A stretch of DNA of 48,701 nucleotides from Kiritimatiellia bacterium (lineage in GTDB: Bacteria; Verrucomicrobiota; Kiritimatiellia; RFP12; UBA1067), in the NCBI GenBank assembly GCA_018384485.1, contig JAHBAE010000089.1:1-48701 (forward strand). The letters run 5' to 3'. Positions within the stretch are counted from its first letter, which is position 1; each line of letters opens with the position of its first letter. Shown here piece by piece: positions 7,993 to 16,872 of the stretch. The translations under genes were made by a program, and so were the position numbers. The notes below the pieces were generated by a model. It worked only from the letters and a program-made list of their open reading frames with translations, ran no database searches and was not told the DNA's origin.

Positions 7993-9714
7993 ATGATGGG
8001 GTTTCTCGTGGCGGCGACGATGGCGATGCCGTTTTCGTTCGGTGAAGTGAAGGTCTCTTGTGCGGAGCCGGGCGACTGGAAGGTCGCTTGTGTGCGCGAG
8101 GAGATGGAGAAGGGCGTTGAGATCGTCACGATCACGTTGGACGCGCCGGGGCGGCGCCAGCCGCCGAAATTCACGGTCGGGTTCCAGGTCCCGCAAGTCG
8201 AGATGTTCTACCGCTGGTCCGTGAACGACTGGAACTTCGCGCTTCCGCCGAACTGGGGCGGCGCGTGTGTGTCCGAGTTCGCTCGGAACATGCCGCTTTA
8301 CGCCTTTCTGAATGGCAATGACGAAAGCGTTCTGGCGCTCGCGGCGAGCGAATGCACGCGGTGCGTGGACTTCAAGGGCGGCGTCCGCGAGGAGGGGAGC
8401 CTTCTGGAGATAAGCTTCCGCTATTTCGAGAAGCCCGAGGCGCCGATCTCGCACTACGAGACATCCGTCCGCATTGACACGCGCCGCCAGTATTTCGGCA
8501 AGGCCGTTTCAGAGGGCGCCGCATGGATCGAGAGGGCTGGCGGCTACAGGATCGCGTCCGCGCCCCCTGCCGCATTCGACCCGCTTTATTCTAGCTGGTA
8601 CAGCTTCCATCAGGACGTCTTTGCGAAGCCCCTTGAGGAGGAGCTCGAGATTGCCGCGAAGCTTGGGATGAAGACGGTCATTCTCGATGACGGGTGGCAG
8701 ACGGATGACACCGGACGCGGCTATGCCTTTTGCGGCGACTGGGAGGTCTCGCGACGCCGATTCCCCGACATGGCTGCGCACGTGAAGAAGGTGCACGCCC
8801 TTGGAATGAAGTACATGGTCTGGTATTCTGTCCCGTTCGTCGGCCTTAAGAGCGCCAACTACGCGAAGTTCAAAGGTAAGTATCTCTTTGACGAGGTGCC
8901 CGGCCTGGGCGCGGCGGTTCTCGACCCGCGTTTCCCAGAGGTGCGGGCGTTTCTCGTCGAAACCTACGTGAAGGCGGTGAAGGCGTGGGACATCGACGGA
9001 CTGAAGCTTGACTTCATCGACTCCTTCGGCCTGCCGGCGACGGGTGACCCCGCCGAGAAGGATAACTACGCCGGACGCGATGTCCACAGCGTTCCGGGGG
9101 CGATCGACCGCCTGATGCGGGAGATTCGCGCGGCGCTCGTCGCCGTCAAGAGCGACATCCTCCTTGAGTTCCGGCAGAGCTATGTCGGGCCCGGCGTCCG
9201 CCAGGTCGGAAACATGCTGCGCGTGGGCGACTGCCCCGGGGACATGCGGCGCAACCGCTTTGCGATCGCGAACCTCCGCCTCGTCTCGGGCGGCACGGCC
9301 GTCCATTCCGACATGCTCGAGTGGAACTTCGCCGAGACGCCCGCCTCGGCCGCGCGTTATGTCATCAACTCGATATTCGGCGTCGTCCAGTATTCGCTGA
9401 TGCTTCGCTCGGCTCCGCGCGAACACCGCGAGATGATCGAGAAGTGGATTCGCTTCTCGCAGGAGCATCGCCAGACGCTCATCCACGGGACATTCACGCC
9501 TCGCCATCCCGAACTTCAGTATCCCGTCATCGAGGCTGAGTCCGACGAAGAGCGAATCATCGGGCTTTACGATGACGGACGCGTCCTCGAGATCCCCGAC
9601 GCGAAGAAGACGATCGTCATGAACGCTTCCGGAAAGGACGCCTTCGTCATCCGCCGAAACGGCCGCCTGTCGGAAGTCGCCTGCAAGTCGGGCGACTGGA
9701 TCGAGCTCAGGTAG
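7993..9714 (+). CDS. glycoside hydrolase family 36 alpha-galactosidase
   Basis: YSSWYS, ILDDGWQ, RFPDM and GLKLDFID (nucleophile) motifs. GGAGG SD before ATG 7993, TGcTATAAT at 7922-7930, and a short hydrophobic N-terminus. Confidence 0.9.
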   Translation: MMGFLVAATMAMPFSFGEVKVSCAEPGDWKVACVREEMEKGVEIVTITLDAPGRRQPPKFTVGFQVPQVEMFYRWSVNDWNFALPPNWGGACVSEFARNMPLYAFLNGNDESVLALAASECTRCVDFKGGVREEGSLLEISFRYFEKPEAPISHYETSVRIDTRRQYFGKAVSEGAAWIERAGGYRIASAPPAAFDPLYSSWYSFHQDVFAKPLEEELEIAAKLGMKTVILDDGWQTDDTGRGYAFCGDWEVSRRRFPDMAAHVKKVHALGMKYMVWYSVPFVGLKSANYAKFKGKYLFDEVPGLGAAVLDPRFPEVRAFLVETYVKAVKAWDIDGLKLDFIDSFGLPATGDPAEKDNYAGRDVHSVPGAIDRLMREIRAALVAVKSDILLEFRQSYVGPGVRQVGNMLRVGDCPGDMRRNRFAIANLRLVSGGTAVHSDMLEWNFAETPASAARYVINSIFGVVQYSLMLRSAPREHREMIEKWIRFSQEHRQTLIHGTFTPRHPELQYPVIEAESDEERIIGLYDDGRVLEIPDAKKTIVMNASGKDAFVIRRNGRLSEVACKSGDWIELR

Positions 9715-9753
9715 GCGCGCCATCCGGTACGCGTGCGGATTGTTGCGGTGAAT

Positions 9754-9833
9754 GAATGTTTGAATGTTAGAATGTTGGAATGTTTGAATGTTTAGATTGG
9801 AAACAACCTGAACAACTGGCAAAGACAACTTGT
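9754..9833 (+). repeat. dispersed repeat copy 1: 5 x GAATGTTN octamer plus a 40-bp ACAAC-rich core
   Basis: Octamers at 9754-9793. The core 9794-9833 matches the reverse complement of 46711-46750 at 35/40 positions. Confidence 0.85.
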
Positions 9834-9862
9834 ATTTGGTGCGCGGGCGCGGGGCCTTGCGG

Positions 9863-9997
9863 CTGCTTCGCAGTTCGCGCTTCGCGCTCACCCAACCTGA
9901 TCGCGCACCTCTTGCGACTTTCGCTACGCGAAAGCTCCTCACTACGTTCGTCGGGGGACCTGACCGCTACGCGGCAGGTGCATCTCGCGACAGGCGC
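9863..9997. repeat. cluster of GC-rich mini-hairpins (GCTTCGC/GCTACGC), REP/MITE-like
   Basis: CTGC-TTC-GCAG (9863-9873), GCGC-TTC-GCGC (9877-9887), CTTTCGC-TAC-GCGAAAG (9918-9934) and CCGC-TAC-GCGG (9964-9974). Confidence 0.7.
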
Positions 9998-10170
9998 ATC
10001 TCCACGTCCGCGTTTTTCGTTGTTGATATAATTGCTTGAGTGTAATGGAGAATGTCTGGTTTCTAAAAATGATAGCGAAAATGTTGTCCAAAAGTAAACG
10101 GAAGTAATTCTTGCATTTACTTTTGGATATCACACATTGTTAATACGTGAAAAAGGCATTCCACTTGCGA

Positions 10171-10200
10171 TTGACGCGAAAGGGGAATATTTGGTATACT
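10171..10200 (+). promoter_or_regulatory. sigma70-type promoter of rpsA
   Basis: TTGACG-N18-TATACT with a TG extension. Confidence 0.7.
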
Positions 10201-10282
10201 TCAACCTTCCGCGCTCAAAAACGAGGCGGACGCGGCAGAAAACCGCGATCTATAACTAACAATAAAAGTACAGAAAAGTATT

Positions 10283-12040
10283 ATGGCAGTGAGAATTCCT
10301 ACGCCCCCCCAGGCGAAGAGCACGGCGATGGCTGAGATGCTCCAGGCGTCCTCGGGCGAGGTTTCGTTCAAGAGCGGTTCAATAGTGGACGGCTCGGTTA
10401 CCGCTATTAAGGGCGATGACATCTTCGTGGATATCGGCTACAAGTCGGCCGGTTCCGTTTCCGCATCTGAATTCGGCGAAGACGCTGATGTCAAGATCGG
10501 TGATAAAGTTTCCGTTATGATCGTCAAACTTGAAGACGATAAGACGGGTATGATTGAGCTTTCCAAGCGCCGCGCCGACGAGAAGATTCGTTGGGAAAAG
10601 ATCCTTACGCGCTATGTCGAAGGTTGTGTCGTTACTGGTACAATCAAGAGCGCTGTTCGCGGCGGTCTTATCGTTCAGGTCGACGATGTTGAAGCGTTTC
10701 TCCCTGGCAGCCAGATCGAAATCGCTCCTGTCAAGGAGCTCGAGCCTTATGTCGGTCAGACGTATGACTTTAAGGTTATCAAGATTTCCAATGAGAGGCG
10801 CAACCTCATCATCTCGCGCCGCGAGCTCATTGAGGGCACGCTCGCTGAGAAGAAGGCTGAGCTCCTCGCTTCTCTCGCCAAGGGCGAAGTGCGCAAGGGC
10901 CGCGTGAAGAACATCACCGACTTCGGCGCGTTCGTCGATCTCGATGGCATCGACGGTCTTCTCCATATCACCGATATGAGCTGGGGCCGCATCAAGCATC
11001 CTGGCGAGGTTCTCAAAGTCGGTCAGGAAATCGAAGTTATGGTTCTCGATGTCGATCGCGATCGTGAGCGCATCTCGCTCGGTCTTAAGCAGACGACGCA
11101 GAACCCCTGGGATACGATCCAGGAGCGTTTCCCTGTCGGCTCCCGCGTTCAGGGCAAGGTCGTCAATCTCGCCGCTTACGGTGCGTTCGTCGAAATCGAC
11201 ACGGGCATCGAAGGGCTTGTCCACATCTCCGAATTCAGCTGGACCAAGCGTGTCGCGCGTGCGTCTGATATGCTCTCCGTCGGTGACGAAGTGCAGGTCG
11301 TCGTTCTTTCCGTCGACATCGAGAATCAGAAGATTGCCCTCGGCATCCGCCAGACTCAGGATAACCCCTGGGACACCGTTCAGGAGCGCTTCCCCGTCGG
11401 CTCGAAGATTTCGGGCAAGGTTCGCAACTTCACCGCTTACGGTGCGTTTGTCGAGCTCGAGGAAGGTATTGACGGCATGATTCACGTCAGCGATATGAGC
11501 TGGACGCGCAAGATCAACCATCCTTCCGAGTGCCTCCAGAAGGGGCAGGAAGTTGAGGCGGTTGTTCTTGATGTCAATCCGAAAGAACAGCGCATCTCGC
11601 TTGGTCTCAAGCAGGCTCAGCCCGATCCGTGGGATGATATCGCCAAGAAGTTCCCCGTCGGTGCTACTGTCAAGGGCAAGGTTTCGAAGATCGCCTCGTT
11701 TGGTGCGTTTGTCGAGCTCGAGAATGGCGTGGACGGCCTCGTTCACATCTCCCAGATTTCCGGCGACCGCGTCGAGAAGGTGCGCGATGCTCTTGAGATC
11801 GGTCAGGAAGTCGAAGCACGTATCGTCAAGGTTGACCGCGCCGAGCGTCGTATCGGCCTGAGCATCCGTGCTATGACGATGACAGAAGACGAAATTCAGG
11901 GCCTCGTTGCCGAAGCGGCTGGCGAGGAGAAGACTCCGGTCAATGCGAAGACCTCCGGCAGCGAAAGCCTCGGCGGCCTTTCCGCTGCGTTTGACAACGC
12001 TTTTGCGAATGTCGAATGGCAGCCCGGCGAAGCCAACTAA
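10283..12040 (+). CDS. rpsA: 30S ribosomal protein S1
   Basis: Repeated S1 domains (FGAFVDL.GIDGLLHITDMSW, YGAFVELEEGIDGMIHVSDMSW). Confidence 0.98.
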   Translation: MAVRIPTPPQAKSTAMAEMLQASSGEVSFKSGSIVDGSVTAIKGDDIFVDIGYKSAGSVSASEFGEDADVKIGDKVSVMIVKLEDDKTGMIELSKRRADEKIRWEKILTRYVEGCVVTGTIKSAVRGGLIVQVDDVEAFLPGSQIEIAPVKELEPYVGQTYDFKVIKISNERRNLIISRRELIEGTLAEKKAELLASLAKGEVRKGRVKNITDFGAFVDLDGIDGLLHITDMSWGRIKHPGEVLKVGQEIEVMVLDVDRDRERISLGLKQTTQNPWDTIQERFPVGSRVQGKVVNLAAYGAFVEIDTGIEGLVHISEFSWTKRVARASDMLSVGDEVQVVVLSVDIENQKIALGIRQTQDNPWDTVQERFPVGSKISGKVRNFTAYGAFVELEEGIDGMIHVSDMSWTRKINHPSECLQKGQEVEAVVLDVNPKEQRISLGLKQAQPDPWDDIAKKFPVGATVKGKVSKIASFGAFVELENGVDGLVHISQISGDRVEKVRDALEIGQEVEARIVKVDRAERRIGLSIRAMTMTEDEIQGLVAEAAGEEKTPVNAKTSGSESLGGLSAAFDNAFANVEWQPGEAN

Positions 12041-12058
12041 TTAGAAAGGAACCAAAAA

Positions 12059-12289
12059 ATGTCCAGAGTTTGTGATATCTGCGGCAAGGGCCCTTCGGTC
12101 GGCAACGTCGTCGTCCGCAAAGGTTCTCCCAAGTACAAAGGCGGCATCGGTCTCCACACGACCGGCATTACGAAGCGCCGCTTCCTTCCCAACCTCCGTT
12201 CGGTCCGCGTGACTGATGCGAAGGGCAACACTTCACGCAAGTGCATTTGCGCGAAGTGCCTTAGGGCGGGCAAAGTGACGAAGGCCTAA
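12059..12289 (+). CDS. rpmB: 50S ribosomal protein L28 (Zn-binding type)
   Basis: MSRVCDICGKGP..GN...TKRRFLPNL...ICAKCLR. Confidence 0.97.
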   Translation: MSRVCDICGKGPSVGNVVVRKGSPKYKGGIGLHTTGITKRRFLPNLRSVRVTDAKGNTSRKCICAKCLRAGKVTKA

Positions 12290-12314
12290 GCTTTCGGCGC
12301 TTTCGATGAAAGTT

Positions 12315-12355
12315 CGGCGGTTTTCGTCTTTTGACGGAGGCCGCCGCTTCATTTT
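12315..12355 (+). terminator. putative intrinsic terminator after rpmB
   Basis: CGGCGGTTTTCGTC-TTTT-GACGGAGGCCGCCG stem (with G-U pairs) followed by CTTCATTTT. Confidence 0.6.
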
Positions 12356-12379
12356 GTCAGGATATGTTATAATATGCGC

Positions 12380-14323
12380 ATGAAAATAATTGGAGAAAAA
12401 ATTTTTACGCGTGATGCCGATGGCTGTCTTCTGAGCCGTATCGGCACGATGTTTTTTCACACTCCCGGGCTTGTGACGATTAAGACGGTCCACGCCATGC
12501 AGCGCGTCGCCTGGCTTAAATATCTTGCGCAGGAGAAGGGAAGGGCGCTTACCGAGGCAGAAGAGGAGAAAGAGATTTCCGAGTCTGTCGATCTCGTCTT
12601 TACAGATCAATACGTTCTTATACGGCCTAATCCAGAGAGAATGGATCTTGCTTTCAAGGCCGACGAGCAGCTTCAGAAAATCGTCTCTAAAAGGCATATC
12701 CGTTTTCTTAATACACATAGCGCCGTTGTTCGCAAGGCTTTGCGCGAGCGCGGCGAAAACTGGAGGATGGCCCGCCAGCCCATTTCACACGAAGAGATGG
12801 ATAAACTTATTGAGGGGTCGAAAGTGGCCATAGCGGGTCTTCCCGTCTACTATTACAACAGAATGACGGGCACCCGCTTTTTGACGGCAGGAGCTTTTGG
12901 CTCGTTTGGCGAGCTTGGTCCAGATGATTTCCGTAAGCAGATTTCAGAGGTTGTCACATCTCTAGCCAAGCGTAACAGGCAGGGCTATCCCGAGCTTGAC
13001 GTGTTTCCTCCCGCCTTTACCTATGAGGTAAAGAGCGCTCTAAGGGCGTTGAATATCGAGAGCCTTTCAGATGAGCAGCTTCGCGGTGAATACGAGCGGA
13101 TTCTTTTGGAGTGGCGCATGTCGAACCCTCCGGAAATGAGAGAGGAGTCTCTTTCCAATTTTGAGTGGCGCAATGAAATGTGCCATATTCTGACGAAAGG
13201 GCCCAACGAAACAACGGCTGGGGAGCATGAACTTATAGCTGGCATCTCCCCGGAATTTTACCGGCAGATTGAATGGCTGCCGGGCGTGCGGATAATGGAT
13301 GGTGAAGTGATATTCGACAGCATCTATAAGGAAGCTCAAAGAACGCAAGATCCAGAGCTGCTTGCTAAATGCGACAATAGGGTTAAAAGTTTCCTTTTTA
13401 ACATGATGAGGCTTTTAGGGCGCGTTAAGTATGTGAACATCGGGCGTATTTCGCATTCTCTTGCGCGAGGGTCGGCAAGCGTGCGGCGCAGCGGAAATGT
13501 TTATATAATGCAGTACGCAGAGACGTATGACGAAGAGCCGAAGGTGGTCATGATCCGTCTTCAGAAGTGGGGCGTCAAGGAACATCTTGATGAAGGCAAA
13601 AGTCTTGATCAGGCCATTATGGAGGCGGATGAATATTCCGATTATGTTCTTGACCGCCGTCTCATGTGCCGGCAGCTCGGTATGAATCTGCCGAGCCAGC
13701 TCTTCTTTGAGCGCTTTACCGAAAAGTATCATGGGCAGAACCAGTATAATGGAATTTCGGTGCGCAGCGCATATTTTGTTCGCGATTATGAGCGTGGAAT
13801 GGCGTCTGATAAGATTCCCGTCTCAAAGTACCGCAATCCTGCCTGGGCGAATTCCTTCGCCTCATTGATGGGAGCGGCGGCGGCCATCGATATTGTTGTG
13901 GGGAGGCGCAGTACCGAAACTGGAGAGCTTCTTTTTGATCGCAATTACGAGGTGGTCGTTCAAGGTGCCGACGGTCTTCCCGCGGAAGTTAAAGTTACAG
14001 ATCACGCAGGAAGTTTTGTTGAGTATCTTAAACCGCTTGAAGAGACTGTCAGAGAATACGCATCCTTCGCTTTGAACCGCAAAGCGCACGTTTCGCAATA
14101 TAGCGTGTTTGTAAAGTCTTATGTCGATGGATTCCGCAAGGCTCTTGTTGATCTGCAAGAATCTTATCGTGCGAGGAAATCGGCGTTTGATGATTTATTC
14201 AGCGATCGGCCGTACGATACCAACGGCTCGGGTGCGTATCGGTGGAGCAAAGTTCTGGAGCGCCTTGATTCCAGCGATCCATCTCGCCTTGCGCTTATTC
14301 TGTCTGAAGCTGCAGGATGTTGA
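12380..14323 (+). CDS. conserved hypothetical cytoplasmic protein (about 647 aa)
   Basis: Long ORF with coding-like composition. ATG 12380 lies 6 nt after TGtTATAAT; ATG 12374 is the alternative start. Function not recognised. Confidence 0.8.
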   Translation: MKIIGEKIFTRDADGCLLSRIGTMFFHTPGLVTIKTVHAMQRVAWLKYLAQEKGRALTEAEEEKEISESVDLVFTDQYVLIRPNPERMDLAFKADEQLQKIVSKRHIRFLNTHSAVVRKALRERGENWRMARQPISHEEMDKLIEGSKVAIAGLPVYYYNRMTGTRFLTAGAFGSFGELGPDDFRKQISEVVTSLAKRNRQGYPELDVFPPAFTYEVKSALRALNIESLSDEQLRGEYERILLEWRMSNPPEMREESLSNFEWRNEMCHILTKGPNETTAGEHELIAGISPEFYRQIEWLPGVRIMDGEVIFDSIYKEAQRTQDPELLAKCDNRVKSFLFNMMRLLGRVKYVNIGRISHSLARGSASVRRSGNVYIMQYAETYDEEPKVVMIRLQKWGVKEHLDEGKSLDQAIMEADEYSDYVLDRRLMCRQLGMNLPSQLFFERFTEKYHGQNQYNGISVRSAYFVRDYERGMASDKIPVSKYRNPAWANSFASLMGAAAAIDIVVGRRSTETGELLFDRNYEVVVQGADGLPAEVKVTDHAGSFVEYLKPLEETVREYASFALNRKAHVSQYSVFVKSYVDGFRKALVDLQESYRARKSAFDDLFSDRPYDTNGSGAYRWSKVLERLDSSDPSRLALILSEAAGC

Positions 14324-15240
14324 AGTATGTTTTAAAACGCCTTTGGCAGACAATCCCGACTACGGTCGGGATTATTCTGCTTGCGTTTATTCTTTTCAAT
14401 GTCATCGGCGGCTCTCCTGCGGAAACTTTGCTGGGTAAAAATGCCACGCCAGAAGCGATAGCGGCATTTAACGCGAAGTGGGGGTATGATAAACCTCTTT
14501 CCGAGCAGTTTCTAAGGTTTGTGTTTGATATCTTCCGTGGTCAGTTCGGCTATTCAGTAGAGTATCAGGAGCCTGTCGCGGAAGTTCTTAAGCGAGGTGT
14601 ATGGCCATCGCTTTCGCTTACGGTTCCTATCCTTTTGGGCTCCGTTTTTGTAGCTCTTTCTCTTTCGCTCGTCGCGGCCGCATATCGAGGGCGTTTTGCC
14701 GACAAGGCGATTCTCCTTTGCTCCACAGTGGTGATGAGTGTTAATTACGTGATTTGGGTGTTGGCCGGTCAGTTCTTTCTTTCATATAAAGCCGGGTTCT
14801 TTCCCGTCTGGGGGTATGAGAATGCGACATTTCTTCTGCTGCCAGTTTTAATAGGAATTATTTCTTCTCTTGGGGCTGATGTCAGGTTTTTCCGTTCTGC
14901 AATTTTAGACGAAATCTATCGTCCTTACGTTCTTGCCGTGCGTGCGAAAGGAGTCTCTGGTTGGTTTATTATGACTCGCCACGTGCTTCGCAATTCTCTC
15001 ATTCCCGTTGTCACGTATGTCTCATTATCCATTCCTTACTTGTTTACGGGATCTCTTCTTCTTGAAGGATTTTTCGGCATTCCAGGCCTTGGTTCTGTTT
15101 CTATAAATGCTATTCATTCATCCGATATGGCTGTCGTCAGGGCGGTGGTGGTTATAGGTGCGCTTCTTTATCAATTTGTGAATCTTGCGGCCGATGTCAT
15201 TTATGCGTGGTTGGACCCTCGTGTTCGACTTGACTTATGA
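14317..15240 (+). CDS. peptide/nickel ABC transporter permease (OppB/DppB family)
   Basis: YVLKRL N-terminus, GYDKPL.EQF, EAA-loop RAKG..HVLRNSLIP, E.FF.IPGLG and C-terminal LDPRVR. Confidence 0.92.
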   Translation: MLKYVLKRLWQTIPTTVGIILLAFILFNVIGGSPAETLLGKNATPEAIAAFNAKWGYDKPLSEQFLRFVFDIFRGQFGYSVEYQEPVAEVLKRGVWPSLSLTVPILLGSVFVALSLSLVAAAYRGRFADKAILLCSTVVMSVNYVIWVLAGQFFLSYKAGFFPVWGYENATFLLLPVLIGIISSLGADVRFFRSAILDEIYRPYVLAVRAKGVSGWFIMTRHVLRNSLIPVVTYVSLSIPYLFTGSLLLEGFFGIPGLGSVSINAIHSSDMAVVRAVVVIGALLYQFVNLAADVIYAWLDPRVRLDL

Positions 15241-15268
15241 GCCACATTTGTGCTATACTTGTGTTCGA

Positions 15269-15946
15269 ATGAGTCGAAAAATTTCAATTTTTTGCGCTAT
15301 GATGGTGTTGCTGAGCGTATGCTTATGCGGCTGCTCTGTTATATCTGATTCCATTTCGGGCGTTCTTGCGCCTGAAGAGCCGGTAGATACGCATGTTGTG
15401 GCGCAATGGTGGGATGGTCCTCGTATACGTACGGGGATAGCTCTTATTATTCAAGTCGGCACTCCTGCTTCTCCTCCCCAAATGATGGAGGTGCTTGTTG
15501 ATCAGAAGGGTGAAATCACAATCCCGCTGTTGTTGCAAAAGCCGGTGCATTGCGATGGCCTTACATTAGATGCTCTAAAGACTAAACTTGTCAAAGAATA
15601 TTCTCGTTACTACCGCCAACCGCAGGTGACGGTGACGTTCGCTCCGTATGATGGCAAGGGCGTCAGCCCATGGGGTACTGTTACAGTGTTAGGCGAGGTT
15701 TTGTCGCCTGGGCCGGTTAATATTCCTTCTACGATGGATTTGCCTGTAACTAAAGTGTTGCAGATGGCGGGAGGCCTTAAACCTTATGCTGATCGCACTC
15801 GTATCTGCGTTACAAGGTGCGACCAAGCTGGAAAGCAGCATAAAACTTACGTTGATTTAAAGGAAATCGGAAAAGACGGCAGGCCTGATAAGGATATGCT
15901 CCTTAGGGCTGGCGATGTTGTCTGGGTTCCTGAAACTTGGTATTAA
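15269..15946 (+). CDS. short OPX (Wza-like) polysaccharide export lipoprotein, Poly_export + SLBB domains
   Basis: Lipobox-like LCGC, VDQKGEITIPLL...GLT, VTVLGEV.SPG, AGGL..A and L..GDVVWVP. Promoter TTGACT-N18-TATACT at 15230-15259. Confidence 0.85.
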   Translation: MSRKISIFCAMMVLLSVCLCGCSVISDSISGVLAPEEPVDTHVVAQWWDGPRIRTGIALIIQVGTPASPPQMMEVLVDQKGEITIPLLLQKPVHCDGLTLDALKTKLVKEYSRYYRQPQVTVTFAPYDGKGVSPWGTVTVLGEVLSPGPVNIPSTMDLPVTKVLQMAGGLKPYADRTRICVTRCDQAGKQHKTYVDLKEIGKDGRPDKDMLLRAGDVVWVPETWY

Positions 15947-15963
15947 TGAAATTAAAATAGGAG

Positions 15964-16860
15964 ATGATAGGTATGTACGCAAAGAAAAAAATACTGCTTG
16001 TTGCGGTCGCGCTCTTTTCTGCGGCAGCTGTGTGCGCAGACGGGCAAAAAGTCTTGTCGCTTTCACAAGCTCGCGGGAAAATCGGCGAGGCTATCGCCAA
16101 TCAGTCTGTAATGGCAGAAACGGTGAAATCGCTTTCTCCTGTAGATCAAGTTTCTTTCCTTGCGGCTGTCAATGCGGCGATTGCGAAGAATCCTGGTTCG
16201 AAGGAAGCGAAAGCGGCTCTCTACCTCCAGTGTAACGCAACGGCGCTTAAGGCTGCGAAGGAAAGCAAAGGTGATATAAAAGCGCTCCTCTCTGAAGTTT
16301 TTGCAACTGTTGAAATTTATGCGCTCTGCCCTATCAGCGAATATTTCGGTGATAAGCTTTTCAACAGGTCTGCCGATCCAAGTAAGACATTTTCTGACGA
16401 ATCCTTCCAAAGTATTGCTAAGGCGGCAATATCGGCAGTCGCAAAACGTTGCGCCAGTGTTGATAATGCTAGCGTCCGTACGACATTCTGCATTGCTATG
16501 TTTATGAGGGCGTCCGGCGGTACTTCCGAAGAATTGCTTGCGAGTCTTGTAGGTGTGCTTCCTGCCTCTGATCGCGAGAAAGCTTCAAAGGAGTGGCTCC
16601 CATCCGCTCTTGGTCTTGGCGGAAAGGAAAAGACGTACGAGCCTATGCTTGCAGAGTCTGATTCCGAGTCCCAGCCCAATATTGACGTGGTTGTCATGCT
16701 TACTGGTATGCAGGAGCATGATGCCGTGCTTTCTTCGCTTCCAAACGGTGCAACGGAAGGGGCTTTGAATTTTCACGATCAAATGTCCGCAAATCAAACT
16801 CCTCTTGAAAAAGGGGATGATGTTGCAGAGCCTAAGCCTTATCAAGGTCAGAAATTCTAA
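15964..16860 (+). CDS. hypothetical exported Ala-rich, probably alpha-helical protein
   Basis: Signal peptide (KKKILLVAVALFSAAAVCA) and an AGGAG SD; lies within the EPS operon. The start may be a few codons later. Confidence 0.8.
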   Translation: MIGMYAKKKILLVAVALFSAAAVCADGQKVLSLSQARGKIGEAIANQSVMAETVKSLSPVDQVSFLAAVNAAIAKNPGSKEAKAALYLQCNATALKAAKESKGDIKALLSEVFATVEIYALCPISEYFGDKLFNRSADPSKTFSDESFQSIAKAAISAVAKRCASVDNASVRTTFCIAMFMRASGGTSEELLASLVGVLPASDREKASKEWLPSALGLGGKEKTYEPMLAESDSESQPNIDVVVMLTGMQEHDAVLSSLPNGATEGALNFHDQMSANQTPLEKGDDVAEPKPYQGQKF

Positions 16861-16872
16861 ATAGGAGTTATT

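Noticed and set aside
9754-9833. Possible CRISPR array or iterons
   Set aside because: The units are contiguous 8-mers without unique spacers, and there is no cas or rep gene.
8509-9942. 477-aa minus-strand ORF
   Set aside because: Antisense to GH36, and its start runs through non-coding repeats.
10379-11746. 455-aa minus-strand ORF
   Set aside because: Antisense shadow of codon-biased rpsA.
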